From contig JBMORE010000053.1 of assembly GCA_049322255.1 (NCBI GenBank), positions 1 through 64,000 on the forward strand: a stretch of DNA of 64,000 nt, read 5' to 3'. Both the position numbers and the translations under genes were made by a program. The notes below the pieces were generated by a model. That model did not search any database. It was not told where the DNA came from and was given only the letters and a program-made list of their open reading frames with translations. Below, one piece after another: positions 1-8,009 of the stretch (its first letter is position 1; every line of letters starts with the position of its first letter). The DNA is from Myxococcota bacterium (lineage in GTDB: Bacteria > Myxococcota > Myxococcia > Myxococcales > Myxococcaceae).

Positions 1-127
1 CTTTTCGACTACATCGAGGTCTTCTACAACCAGCAGCGAATGCACTCGGCAATCGGCTACGCTGCGCCGGCCGAGTTCGAGAGGGCAGCGGCGTAGTCAA
101 ACTGTCCACGAAACCGGATCAAGCCCA
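1..127 (+). mobile_element. Right end of an IS3-family insertion sequence (OrfB C-terminus + right inverted repeat)
   Basis: 1-96 translates [31 protein letters not shown], a typical IS3 OrfB tail. Reverse complement of 102-127 is TGGGCTTGATCCGGTTTCGTGGACAG, a TG...GTGGACA IS3-type terminal repeat. Confidence 0.9.
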
Positions 128-389
128 CATTCGGCTCATAGCGCTCCATAAGCGCACAGATCCGCTCGCGGTGCTTTCTGCTTTCGAATTCGACGACCAG
201 CTCGCCAGCGCGCCAGGCTGCGCTCAGTGCCGTTGAGTCACCGACGAAGTGCGACGCCTCGGTCAGCACCGCGTCGCAGGTCAGATACGGAGGAGCAAGC
301 TCTTCGAAGATCTCCTTCGCCCAAGTGTGCAGCGGGTCCCTGCGGTCGAGGAGCGCCACCAGTGGCCCGGTATCGACGATGAGTTTCAC
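128..389 (-). pseudogene. vapC: PIN-domain (VapC-like) toxin, 3'-truncated by the IS3 element
   Basis: VKLIVDTGPLVALLDRRD...EASH PIN motifs. Matches the intact copy at 7147-7539 up to MERY(E/Q)P, then reads into IS sequence and lacks the DFADAC and TIDRKDF acidic motifs. Confidence 0.85.
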
Positions 390-625
390 CGGCGGCGTCG
401 GCGAAAGGCTGCGCGGACGTTCTCGTTTGTCGCAGACAGACCACGGCCCGTTAGCGAACCCGCCGCCGCGAGCAACGTGGTCGGACGCCTCTGTCCGCTC
501 CGCTCGAGCCAGTCCGAGAGAACCTGGCGCGCAAGCGTGCTGACCGGCTGCCGAGAGCGCTCCGCGGCCCGTTCGAGGCGTGCGGAAAGGTTCTCATCGA
601 GACGAATCGTTAGTGTGTGTGACAT
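386..625 (-). CDS. CopG/RHH-family antitoxin (copy 1)
   Basis: MSHTLTIRLDENLSARLERAAERSRQPVSTLARQVLSDWL beta-helix-helix pattern; GTGA overlap with the PIN gene. Confidence 0.85.
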   Translation of the reverse strand: MSHTLTIRLDENLSARLERAAERSRQPVSTLARQVLSDWLERSGQRRPTTLLAAAGSLTGRGLSATNENVRAAFRRRRR

Positions 626-626
626 G

Positions 627-647
627 GTGTAACAATGCGTCGTACAC
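627..647. promoter_or_regulatory. Putative autoregulatory operator of the TA operon
   Basis: Imperfect inverted repeat GTGTA-N11-TACAC immediately upstream of the antitoxin ATG; related sequence at 7777-7797. Confidence 0.4.
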
Positions 648-681
648 TTGGCGACCGCAACTAGGTTCACGCATCGTACGT

Positions 682-703
682 CCTTGTTCCCTCCTTGTTC
701 CCT
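682..703 (+). repeat. Tandem 11-bp motif CCTTGTTCCCT x2 (integrase arm-type-like)
   Basis: Perfect tandem; related pairs at 913-934, 1792-1813 and 7832-7853. Confidence 0.75.
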
Positions 704-839
704 CAGCCGGTGGCTCTCGGCGGGCCAGAGCGGTACTCGGCGGTGCGATCAGCGGCCGGAGAGGCCCTCCTCTCCCTCGGGAACGCCCACGGCGCGGCAT
801 GCCCCAGCGCTTCACACCACGGCCCGGCACAACCACCTG

Positions 840-864
840 CCTGGTTCGAATCCCGGCAGGGTCA
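840..864 (+). other. tRNA 3'-end fragment (T arm + acceptor 3' strand), probable att core
   Basis: CCTGG-TTCGAAT-CCCGG-CAGGGTC-A. No complementary 5' acceptor strand ~72 nt upstream, so not a full tRNA. Resembles Glu/Asp-type 3' ends; identity uncertain. Confidence 0.65.
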
Positions 865-886
865 AACGCTCTCGTCCGAGGGCAAG

Positions 887-916
887 AAGGCCTCCGAGGC
901 AACTCGGAGGCTTTTT
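887..916 (+). terminator. Rho-independent terminator
   Basis: GCCTCCGAG-GCAA-CTCGGAGGC hairpin followed by TTTTT. Confidence 0.85.
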
Positions 917-950
917 GCGCCGTCCTGGTGCCGTGACGGCGTTCCACAGG
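915..950 (+). repeat. 36-bp direct repeat (partner 1794-1829) flanking brnT-brnA
   Basis: TTGCGCCGTCCTGGTGCCGTGACGGCGTTCCACAGG vs TTGTGCCGTCCTTGTGCCGTGACGGCGGTCCACGGG, 32/36 identical. Confidence 0.85.
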
Positions 951-1114
951 GGTTCGCCACACCCTGTTGCGGCCCCACGTCGTCAGCGGGGAGATGGTGT
1001 TGCCATCGGGGACGATGCAATACGGCGAGGCGACGACACCATCCAACACATGGTGATGCATGCTTCGAGTGGCGCACTCGCGGTCAGATCCCCCACTCAT
1101 TGAATCCAGCGCGC

Positions 1115-1444
1115 TCAGTCATGACGAGGTACGCCGTGCTCTTTGACCCACGCCATCACGGCGGCACGTAGGGCTGCGTGCAAAGGCATTCCTTCGGCCT
1201 TGGCACAGTGCTCCAAGTGTTCCCACACGCTGGCGGGGAAACGCACTGACCGTGGGATCGTCGGACCGGTCTCATTCCCCTTCTTCGGCCTGCCTCGCCC
1301 AACGTGGATTGAGATTCCTTCGGCCGCGATGCGACGGGCATATGGGTTGCGGCGAACCTTGGCTTTCTTGAAATCCACTTCAGGCATCTCTCGGAGCGAC
1401 CTGGGGGATGGCTCCTTCGCGCGTCTATGACTCGCCTTCTTCAT
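1115..1444 (-). CDS. brnA: BrnA-like antitoxin with C-terminal RHH
   Basis: EMPEVDFKKAKVRRNPYA and GRGRP motifs, C-terminal SVRFP-helix-helix; overlaps brnT. Confidence 0.75.
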   Translation of the reverse strand: MKKASHRRAKEPSPRSLREMPEVDFKKAKVRRNPYARRIAAEGISIHVGRGRPKKGNETGPTIPRSVRFPASVWEHLEHCAKAEGMPLHAALRAAVMAWVKEHGVPRHD

Positions 1445-1700
1445 ATCGTCTCCTCTCGTGCGACGTCGCTCGACGCGCGCTGATGATGCGGATCGAATCT
1501 GCGTTCAACTCCACGAAGACCGTGAAGAGCACCCGCTGCTTCTCGGACTGCCCGATCAAGATGGCGCGCTCGGCGTAGAGCGCGTCCTCCACGACCACGG
1601 CGAGCGGATCGGCAAACACGGTCGTCGCCTCCTCGAAAGAGACGCCGTGCTTCCTGAGGTTCGACGTGACCTTTCTCGGGTCCCATGTGAACTGTACCAA
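1425..1700 (-). CDS. brnT: BrnT family ribonuclease toxin (DUF497)
   Basis: FTWDPRK..NLRKHGVSFEEA..VF.DP and IRIISARRAT..ERRRYE signatures. Confidence 0.93.
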   Translation of the reverse strand: MVQFTWDPRKVTSNLRKHGVSFEEATTVFADPLAVVVEDALYAERAILIGQSEKQRVLFTVFVELNADSIRIISARRATSHERRRYEEGES

Positions 1701-1707
1701 AAATAAG

Positions 1708-1725
1708 TGTATTACTCTTATTACA
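1708..1725. promoter_or_regulatory. AT-rich palindromic operator upstream of brnT
   Basis: TGTATTA-N4-TATTACA imperfect inverted repeat just before the start codon. Confidence 0.5.
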
Positions 1726-2047
1726 GAAGAGCAACGCGCCCTCCTACACGCCCGACCTGACGTTCAGTCGCCCGTCCCAGAGCACGCCCCCTCTTGTGCC
1801 GTCCTTGTGCCGTGACGGCGGTCCACGGGATGGGTCGGCGGTGCACCATATTCCACGAGCCCTCCCCTGACTCAGGTCCATGTCTTCGGTACCTCACCGG
1901 CTTTTTCTGCCGGCGAAGACGTGCTTCGAAAAGCAGCCAGAACGCTCCTCGCTGGAGGGCTTGCAGCCGATGACGTGCGACAAACATGCTCTACTTCATC
2001 GAGAAGGCCGACCAGTTGGAGAAGCAAGCGCACGGGGGGCGTCCCCA

Positions 2048-5000
2048 TCAGTGAAAGTCGTGGCTGGCGGTGAGCCGGTCGAACGTGCCCAGCGGCTCGA
2101 GGTTCTCGACCTTGAGGTGCACCACGTCGCCGGCGCGCTCGAGACGGCCGTGGGCCAGAACCATCGAGCATCCGGTCGCGGCCTGGAACAACCGTTCGAA
2201 AACATCGGCGTAGAGGACGAGGTTGATGAAGCCGAGCTCGTCTTCGAGAGTCATGAAGACGATGCCCTGTGCCGTACTGGGCCGTTGGCGGCAGATGACC
2301 ATGCCCGCTGCCGTCACCCTCTGCCCATCGGCCGCGGCACCAACCTGCGCGCTGCTGAGCACGTGGGTAGGCAACCGGCTGCGCCACATTTTCATCGGGT
2401 GGTCGACGACGGAAACGCCGGTGCTCCCGAAGTCGAGCGCGAGCTGCTCGCGCCGTGACAACGGAGGGAACTGGCTGGGCACAGACCTGGCATCGGCTCC
2501 CTCGAGCAGGCCGCCAAAGCGGCGCATGCGTGCCAACCACAGCGCCTGGCGACGGTCGGGCTCGATCGCCGTCAGCGCCCCCGACTGTGCGAGCAGCGTC
2601 GCCTCGCGAATGCCGACGCCCGCGCGGCGCACCAGGTCGTCGACGCTCTCGAACGGCCGAACGGCCTCGATGCGCCGTGCGGTCGCCTCCGAAAGCCCAC
2701 GCACCAGCCGTAACCCCACGCGTAAGGCACCTTTCTCGAGCGTGCAGTCCCACCGGCTGTGGTGCACACAGATCGGCAGCAAGGTGACTCCGTGGCGGTG
2801 CGCGTCCTGCAAGAGGGTGTTGGGCGAGTAGAACCCCATCGGCTGGCTGTTGATCAGCGCGGCGACGAACGCGGCCGGGTGGTGCACCTTGAGCCAGAGG
2901 CTGGCGTATGCCAGCAGCGCGAACGACGCAGCGTGGCTCTCGGGGAAGCCATACTCGCCGAAGCCCTGAATCTGTTGGAACAGCCGCCGCGCGAATTCCT
3001 CGGAGATGCCTCGCGCCCAAAAGCCCTGCAGCAGCTTCTCGCGGTGACGGTCGAGCTTGCCGTTACGCCGCCAGCCGGCCATGTCGCGGCGCAGCTGATC
3101 AGCCTCACCAGCAGTGTAACCGGCGCCCTCGATGGCGATCTGCATCGCCTGCTCCTGGAAGATGGGGACGCCATAGGTGCGTGCGAGAATGTGCGTCAAC
3201 GAAGGGTGCGGCATGACGATGGGCTCTTGCTTCAAGCGGCGACGCAGGTACGGATGCACCATGCCGCCCTGAATGGGCCCCGGGCGCACGATGGCCACCT
3301 GCACCACCAGGTCGTAGAACTCTTTGGGCTGAAGGCGCGGCAGCATCGCCATCTGGGCACGGCTCTCAATCTGAAAGACACCCACCGTGTCAGCCGCGCA
3401 GGCCGCCTCGTACACGCGAGGGTCCTTCGCGGGTATTTGGGCCAATCGGGCGATGGCTGAGTCGGCGCGCACGCGCTCGTCGTGTTGCACCAGCTCGAGG
3501 CACTTGCGGATGCAGGTGAGCATTCCCAGCGAGAGCAGGTCGACTTTGAAGAAACCGAGGACGTCGAGGTCATCCTTGTCCCAGGGAATGACGGTACGGC
3601 CAGGCATGGTGGCGGGCTCGACGGGAGCCACCTCGTACAGCGGCCGTGCAGACAGCACGAAGCCGCCGACGTGAATCGACAGGTGCCTGGGAGCGCCCCG
3701 CAGGCGCGCGGCGATCTGCACGACCTGCTTGAGTCTTGCGTCGAGGGTGAAACCCTTCTCCTGAAAGCGAGCGTCGCGCACGCCTTCGACCTCGTCCCAT
3801 CCATGCAGCAGGCTGGCGAGGCTTACGGCCTCCTCCTGCGAATAGCCGAACACCTTGGCGACCTCGCGCATCGCCGAACGGCCGCGGTAACAGATGACCT
3901 CGCTGACCATGGCGGCGCGGTCGCGGCCGTAGCGGCGGTAAATCTCTTGAATCACCTCCTCGCGGCGCTCGTGCTCGAAGTCGACATCGATGTCGGGGGG
4001 CTCCTTGCGCTCGGGCGACATGAAGCGCTCGAACAACGTGGAGCTGCGCGCAGGGTCGACGGCGGTGATGCCCAGGCAGTAGCAGACGGTGCTGTTGGCG
4101 GCGCTCCCGCGGCCTTGGCAAAGAATGTCGCGCTCGCGGGCGATCTTCACGATGGCGAAGACGCTCAAGAAGAACGGCGCCACCCCGAGCTTGGCGATGA
4201 GGTGAAGCTCCCGCTCGAGCTGGGCGCGAATATCCGCCGGCACCCCGCCGGGGTAGCGCCAAAGAGCGCCCTGCTCGGTAAGGCGGCGCAGCGTGGCGTC
4301 GGGCGCTTCTTCTTTGGGGCCCAACGCTTCAATCTCGGAAGGAAATTGGTAGCTCAGCTGGCTCAGGCTGAACTGGCACGCGGCGGAGATCTGTACCGAG
4401 CGTTCCAGCCACTCGGGGTGGTCGGAGAACAGCGCGCACATTTGCTGCTCGGACTTGAGGTGCGCCTCGGCGTTCACCGAGAGGGCGCGTCCGGCTTGTT
4501 CGAGAGTGCACCCCTCCCGAATGCAGTGGGCGACGTCGTACAGCACCTTGTCTTCGCGCACTGCGTAGCGCACGGCGTTGGTGGCACACAGGGGCGCGCA
4601 CAACGTCTGCGACGCACAGAGGGCGGCGGCTTGGCGGGCGTCATCGAAGCCGTCGTAGTGGCGGATGATGCGCAAGGAGAAGCGTTCCCCGAACGCATCG
4701 CGCAAGTCGCGCAGGGTCGCCTCCGAGAGCGTCTGCGCGTCGGCGAGCAGCCACAGACCCTTGGCGCGGGCGCACACCGCATCGTGCGGAACGTCGGCGT
4801 AGCAATTGCGCGGGGTGCCTTCTCGAGGCTTGCGCGCTTTGCCCTTCATGCGCCGCGCGTGGCCCAGCGTGAGCAGCTGGCACAAGTGTTGGTAGCCTTC
4901 GAAGTCCTCGACGTGCACCCAGACGGTGGGGTGCGGAGGACCCGCCAGCGTCAGCTCGCAGCCGACGATGATGCTGACACCGAGGTCTCGCCCCCGATCG

Positions 5001-5152
5001 AAGGCGCGCGGCAACCCGTAGAGCCCGTCCCGGTCGGTGAGCGCCAACCGCTGGTAGCCGAGCTCGACAGCTCGCTGCACCAGCGCCTCGGGGGAGGAGC
5101 CCGCCTGAAGGAAGGAGTAATTGGAGCGCGCGTCCAGCTCGACGTACCGCAT
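2048..5152 (-). CDS. dnaE2: Error-prone DNA polymerase DnaE2 (ImuC)
   Basis: PHP N-terminus (SNYSFL, LTDRDGLYG), GRGSAANS, PDIDVDFEH catalytic motif, YGFPESHA, C-terminal SHDFH. Confidence 0.97.
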   Translation of the reverse strand: MRYVELDARSNYSFLQAGSSPEALVQRAVELGYQRLALTDRDGLYGLPRAFDRGRDLGVSIIVGCELTLAGPPHPTVWVHVEDFEGYQHLCQLLTLGHARRMKGKARKPREGTPRNCYADVPHDAVCARAKGLWLLADAQTLSEATLRDLRDAFGERFSLRIIRHYDGFDDARQAAALCASQTLCAPLCATNAVRYAVREDKVLYDVAHCIREGCTLEQAGRALSVNAEAHLKSEQQMCALFSDHPEWLERSVQISAACQFSLSQLSYQFPSEIEALGPKEEAPDATLRRLTEQGALWRYPGGVPADIRAQLERELHLIAKLGVAPFFLSVFAIVKIARERDILCQGRGSAANSTVCYCLGITAVDPARSSTLFERFMSPERKEPPDIDVDFEHERREEVIQEIYRRYGRDRAAMVSEVICYRGRSAMREVAKVFGYSQEEAVSLASLLHGWDEVEGVRDARFQEKGFTLDARLKQVVQIAARLRGAPRHLSIHVGGFVLSARPLYEVAPVEPATMPGRTVIPWDKDDLDVLGFFKVDLLSLGMLTCIRKCLELVQHDERVRADSAIARLAQIPAKDPRVYEAACAADTVGVFQIESRAQMAMLPRLQPKEFYDLVVQVAIVRPGPIQGGMVHPYLRRRLKQEPIVMPHPSLTHILARTYGVPIFQEQAMQIAIEGAGYTAGEADQLRRDMAGWRRNGKLDRHREKLLQGFWARGISEEFARRLFQQIQGFGEYGFPESHAASFALLAYASLWLKVHHPAAFVAALINSQPMGFYSPNTLLQDAHRHGVTLLPICVHHSRWDCTLEKGALRVGLRLVRGLSEATARRIEAVRPFESVDDLVRRAGVGIREATLLAQSGALTAIEPDRRQALWLARMRRFGGLLEGADARSVPSQFPPLSRREQLALDFGSTGVSVVDHPMKMWRSRLPTHVLSSAQVGAAADGQRVTAAGMVICRQRPSTAQGIVFMTLEDELGFINLVLYADVFERLFQAATGCSMVLAHGRLERAGDVVHLKVENLEPLGTFDRLTASHDFH

Positions 5153-5155
5153 GCT

Positions 5156-6427
5156 TCATCCCTCGACCCAACCTCGAAGCCAGGCCGAGGCCGTCAGCCC
5201 TTCTCCCCCCCGCCGATCCACCCACGCGGTCGCTCCCAGACCGTCTACCCAGACGGCCAGCGAGTCCCACGCGTCGCCGAAACCCCGCTTCCACCACTCG
5301 ACCCCCTGGCGGCGCACCAACAGCCGCCCCGACGTTGGCCCCGCCCATGGCTCGGCTTTCTGCACTCGCAACGGCTCACTCGCCGCGTACGACAGCGTCA
5401 CCCACGGAGACGTAGGCTGCGCCGTCGAGGTACCGAAGCTTGCCAGTACGCTGCGGGCGGAGGCCGCATGGTGCTCTTTCACCACCAGCGAGCCCACTTT
5501 CTCCTCACCCAGCTCAGCCACCAGCTCAGCGATGAGCGTGGGCAGAGCGCTCACCGAGACCGTCTCCTTGGTCCACAGGTGCAGGGCGCGGGGAGCGGCC
5601 CTCACCGTTCGTACCCAGCGCAGTCGAACCTGGCGCACCGGGGCCTCGAGCCCTACCGCCTCGAGCCGCAGCTTCAGGACGTTGAGTATCGCCCTGCCCT
5701 CGCGCAGTGGCGCCGGGAATACCGCTTCCCAGGCCTGCTCGCGTTGCGTCAGCCCGGGCCACCGCTCGTACTTCACCCACAGCTCGGCCTGTGCCAACAG
5801 CTCTCCTCGGGCCTCCAGCCGCACGCACAGTGGATCCACCAGGCCCTTGAGCACGAACAAAAGTGGCTCGAGGCTTTCCAAGCCGTGCTCGAGCTCGATC
5901 GAGGCCTGTGGCACCGAAGGAGGCTCCCACCAAGACAGCGCGGCATCGTCTTTTCCGTGCGCCAATGCCAGCGCCGCGCGCGACGAAGGAGACAGTCGCC
6001 GCTGAAGCTCGAACACCGGCAGCGCCTGAAGCTCGCCCACCCGGCGCACTCCCAGCGCATGCAAGTAGGCCAGCGATTCGGCGTCGAGCCCGAGCACTTC
6101 CAGCGGCAGGGGCGCCAACACCTCTGCCGCCTCGTCCTTGGTCACCGAGATCCCCGGGCGCGCTTGCGCTACCGCCAGGGCGATGTGTGGGCCACACGCC
6201 ACCGCGATCCGCGCTTCGCCTCCCGCCGCCGCGATCTTGGCCTGTAGCTGTTCCGCCAGACCTCGCTCTCCCGAGAACAAGTGCGCACAGCCCGTGATGT
6301 CGAGCAGCACTGCGCTGCATTCTTCCTCGAGCGCGCAGCGCGTACCGAACACCAGTGACACTTCTGCCGCCGCCTCCAGCAGCGTGCGCGACGCGCCCTT
6401 CACCACCACCGCGGCATACCGATTCAC
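5156..6427 (-). CDS. imuB: ImuB, inactive Y-family polymerase subunit
   Basis: LLDITGCAHLFSGERGL, LAPLPLEVL, LGVRRVGEL motifs; GTG at 6427 overlaps the imuA TGA; position in the cassette. Confidence 0.9.
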   Translation of the reverse strand: MNRYAAVVVKGASRTLLEAAAEVSLVFGTRCALEEECSAVLLDITGCAHLFSGERGLAEQLQAKIAAAGGEARIAVACGPHIALAVAQARPGISVTKDEAAEVLAPLPLEVLGLDAESLAYLHALGVRRVGELQALPVFELQRRLSPSSRAALALAHGKDDAALSWWEPPSVPQASIELEHGLESLEPLLFVLKGLVDPLCVRLEARGELLAQAELWVKYERWPGLTQREQAWEAVFPAPLREGRAILNVLKLRLEAVGLEAPVRQVRLRWVRTVRAAPRALHLWTKETVSVSALPTLIAELVAELGEEKVGSLVVKEHHAASARSVLASFGTSTAQPTSPWVTLSYAASEPLRVQKAEPWAGPTSGRLLVRRQGVEWWKRGFGDAWDSLAVWVDGLGATAWVDRRGGEGLTASAWLRGWVEG

Positions 6428-7071
6428 GGGAAATCGACTTCCGTGCGCTGACCGACCCGGCCGGCGCGCTCCTTCTGTACAGTCACGCGAAGCTTCTGTG
6501 GGACGTGGCGCTCCAAAAGCAGCTTGAGCGCCACCGGCAAGGGAGCGCTTTGCTTCACCCGCGCGTCCGTCAGCAGCAGCACCGTCGTCTTTCCTTGTTC
6601 GCAGGCGAGCTGCAGCCGTCTCACCCACCGATGGTCATCGACCGTGCAGGCTGATGGCACCCTCTTCGCGCCCACCGGGTGAAGGTCGACTGCCACCAGC
6701 GCCATGGCCCCCGAGCGGGTGATGCGCACCGCCACCGCTCGCAGCCTCGCGCGCGGAGGACGAACCACCAACAGCCGTGACAGATCCACCCCCTGCTGCA
6801 AAAGCCCTGGCGCGTGCAGCGAAGCCTCGGGGTCGAGCCAAGCGCAGATCGCCGTCCCTTCACGCTGGGCCAAAGCGATGGTCTGCGCGGCGATCAAGGT
6901 CGCGCCTGCCAAAGCCCGCTTGGCGCACAGCTCGGTGATGCCCGAGGGGAAGCCGCCGTCCGGCAGCGCCCGGACCAGCCACGGTGGAGCACCTAAACCG
7001 GTGCGCCGCGCCAACGCCAGGGGAGCCTTGAGCCGTTCGCGCAGCTCGTCGATCTTCAGTCGGGAGCTCAT
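6424..7071 (-). CDS. imuA: ImuA, RecA/SulA-like mutasome protein
   Basis: LPDGGFPSGITEL, AWLDP..SLHAPGL.QQGVDLSRLLVVRP, RRLQLACEQG; degenerate Walker A. Confidence 0.9.
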   Translation of the reverse strand: MSSRLKIDELRERLKAPLALARRTGLGAPPWLVRALPDGGFPSGITELCAKRALAGATLIAAQTIALAQREGTAICAWLDPEASLHAPGLLQQGVDLSRLLVVRPPRARLRAVAVRITRSGAMALVAVDLHPVGAKRVPSACTVDDHRWVRRLQLACEQGKTTVLLLTDARVKQSAPLPVALKLLLERHVPQKLRVTVQKERAGRVGQRTEVDFP

Positions 7072-7074
7072 ACA

Positions 7075-7090
7075 CTGAACGTATATTCAG
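7075..7090. promoter_or_regulatory. LexA (SOS) box, Myxococcus type
   Basis: CTGAAC-GTAT-ATTCAG, one mismatch from the CTGAAC-N4-GTTCAG palindrome, 3 nt upstream of the imuA ATG. Confidence 0.8.
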
Positions 7091-7146
7091 CACGCGCCGG
7101 TGTCCATCCACCCTACCCATGGACGCAAGCCCCCCACCTGAAGGGC

Positions 7147-7539
7147 TCATGGCATCACGGTCCGCAATGCGTTGCGTCCGTGAATTCGGTACCGCGAGAA
7201 GTCCTTGCGGTCGATGGTGATGATGCTTGCGGAATGATGGAGCTCGGCCATCACGACGATGCACGCGTCCGCGAAGTCCATCGGCTGATAGCGCTCCATG
7301 AGCGCGCAGATTCGCTCGCGGTGCTTTCTGCTGTCGAATTCGACGACCAGCTCGCCGGCGAGCCAGGCTGCGCGGAGTGCCGTTGAGTCACCAAGAAAGT
7401 GCGAGGCCTCGGTCAGCACCGCGTCGCACGTCAGATACGGAGGAGCGAGCTCTTCGAAGGTCTCCTGCGCCCACGCGTGCAGCGGGTCCCTGCGATCGAG
7501 GAGCGCGACAAGCGGTCCAGTATCGACGATGAGCTTCAC
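7147..7539 (-). CDS. vapC: PIN-domain (VapC-like) toxin, intact copy 2
   Basis: DTGP, TEAS, DFADAC, TIDRKDF acidic motifs; 130 aa from GTG. Confidence 0.92.
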   Translation of the reverse strand: MKLIVDTGPLVALLDRRDPLHAWAQETFEELAPPYLTCDAVLTEASHFLGDSTALRAAWLAGELVVEFDSRKHRERICALMERYQPMDFADACIVVMAELHHSASIITIDRKDFSRYRIHGRNALRTVMP

Positions 7540-7775
7540 CGGCGGCGCCGGCGAAAGGCTGCGCGGACGTTCTCGTTCGTCGCAGACAGACCACTGCCCC
7601 TCACCGATCCCGCCGCCGCGAGCAACGTGGTCGCACGCCTCTGGCCGCTCCGCTCGAGCCATTCCGAGATGGCCTGGCGCACGACCGTGCTGACGGGTTG
7701 CCGGGTCCGATCCGCGGCCCGCTCGAGCCGTGCGGAAAGGTTCTCATCGAGACGAATCGTCAGGGTGTGTGACAT
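7536..7775 (-). CDS. CopG/RHH-family antitoxin (copy 2)
   Basis: Near-identical to 386-625; coupled to the PIN gene. Confidence 0.87.
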   Translation of the reverse strand: MSHTLTIRLDENLSARLERAADRTRQPVSTVVRQAISEWLERSGQRRATTLLAAAGSVRGSGLSATNENVRAAFRRRRR

Positions 7776-8009
7776 GGCGTAACAATACGTCTTACATCGG
7801 GCTGTCGCAACCAGGCTTGCCGACCGTCCGTTCTTGTCCCCTCCTTGCTCCCTCGGCCGGTGGCCCGCGATGAGTCGGAGCGGGCAGGCAATCGGCCGCC
7901 GGTTGCACGAGGCGGCAGGCATGGGAGGAATGGAAGAACCCACAGCGGGTCGGGGCTGACCCATCGACAGATGATCGCACCAAGTACCTGCGCGTGGAGG
8001 TCGCAGTAC

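Larger units (their letters stand above)
131..716. repeat. Diverged direct repeat unit 1 (TA operon + upstream region); unit 2 at 7281-7866
   Basis: Colinear at a constant 7150-bp offset across both genes and ~90 bp upstream; weak similarity continues to ACCTGC at 835-840 / 7986-7991. Confidence 0.9.

Noticed and set aside
57..127. C-terminal 24 aa of the 57-389 ORF
   Set aside because: Read-through into IS sequence, not a genuine PIN C-terminus.
790..868. Complete tRNA gene
   Set aside because: No 5' acceptor strand, D arm or anticodon arm; only the 3' fragment is present.
1752..1767. Second LexA box upstream of brnT (CCGACC-TGAC-GTTCAG)
   Set aside because: Only one good half-site; plausible by chance.
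915..1829. Integron attC or XerCD dif sites around brnTA
   Set aside because: No RYYYAAC/GTTRRRY box pairing and no dif-like 11-6-11 consensus.
1872..2048. 58-aa ORF coupled to the dnaE2 stop
   Set aside because: No motif, low complexity; cannot be supported.
3482..6247. 921-aa plus-strand ORF
   Set aside because: Antisense shadow of dnaE2/imuB, typical of high-GC DNA.
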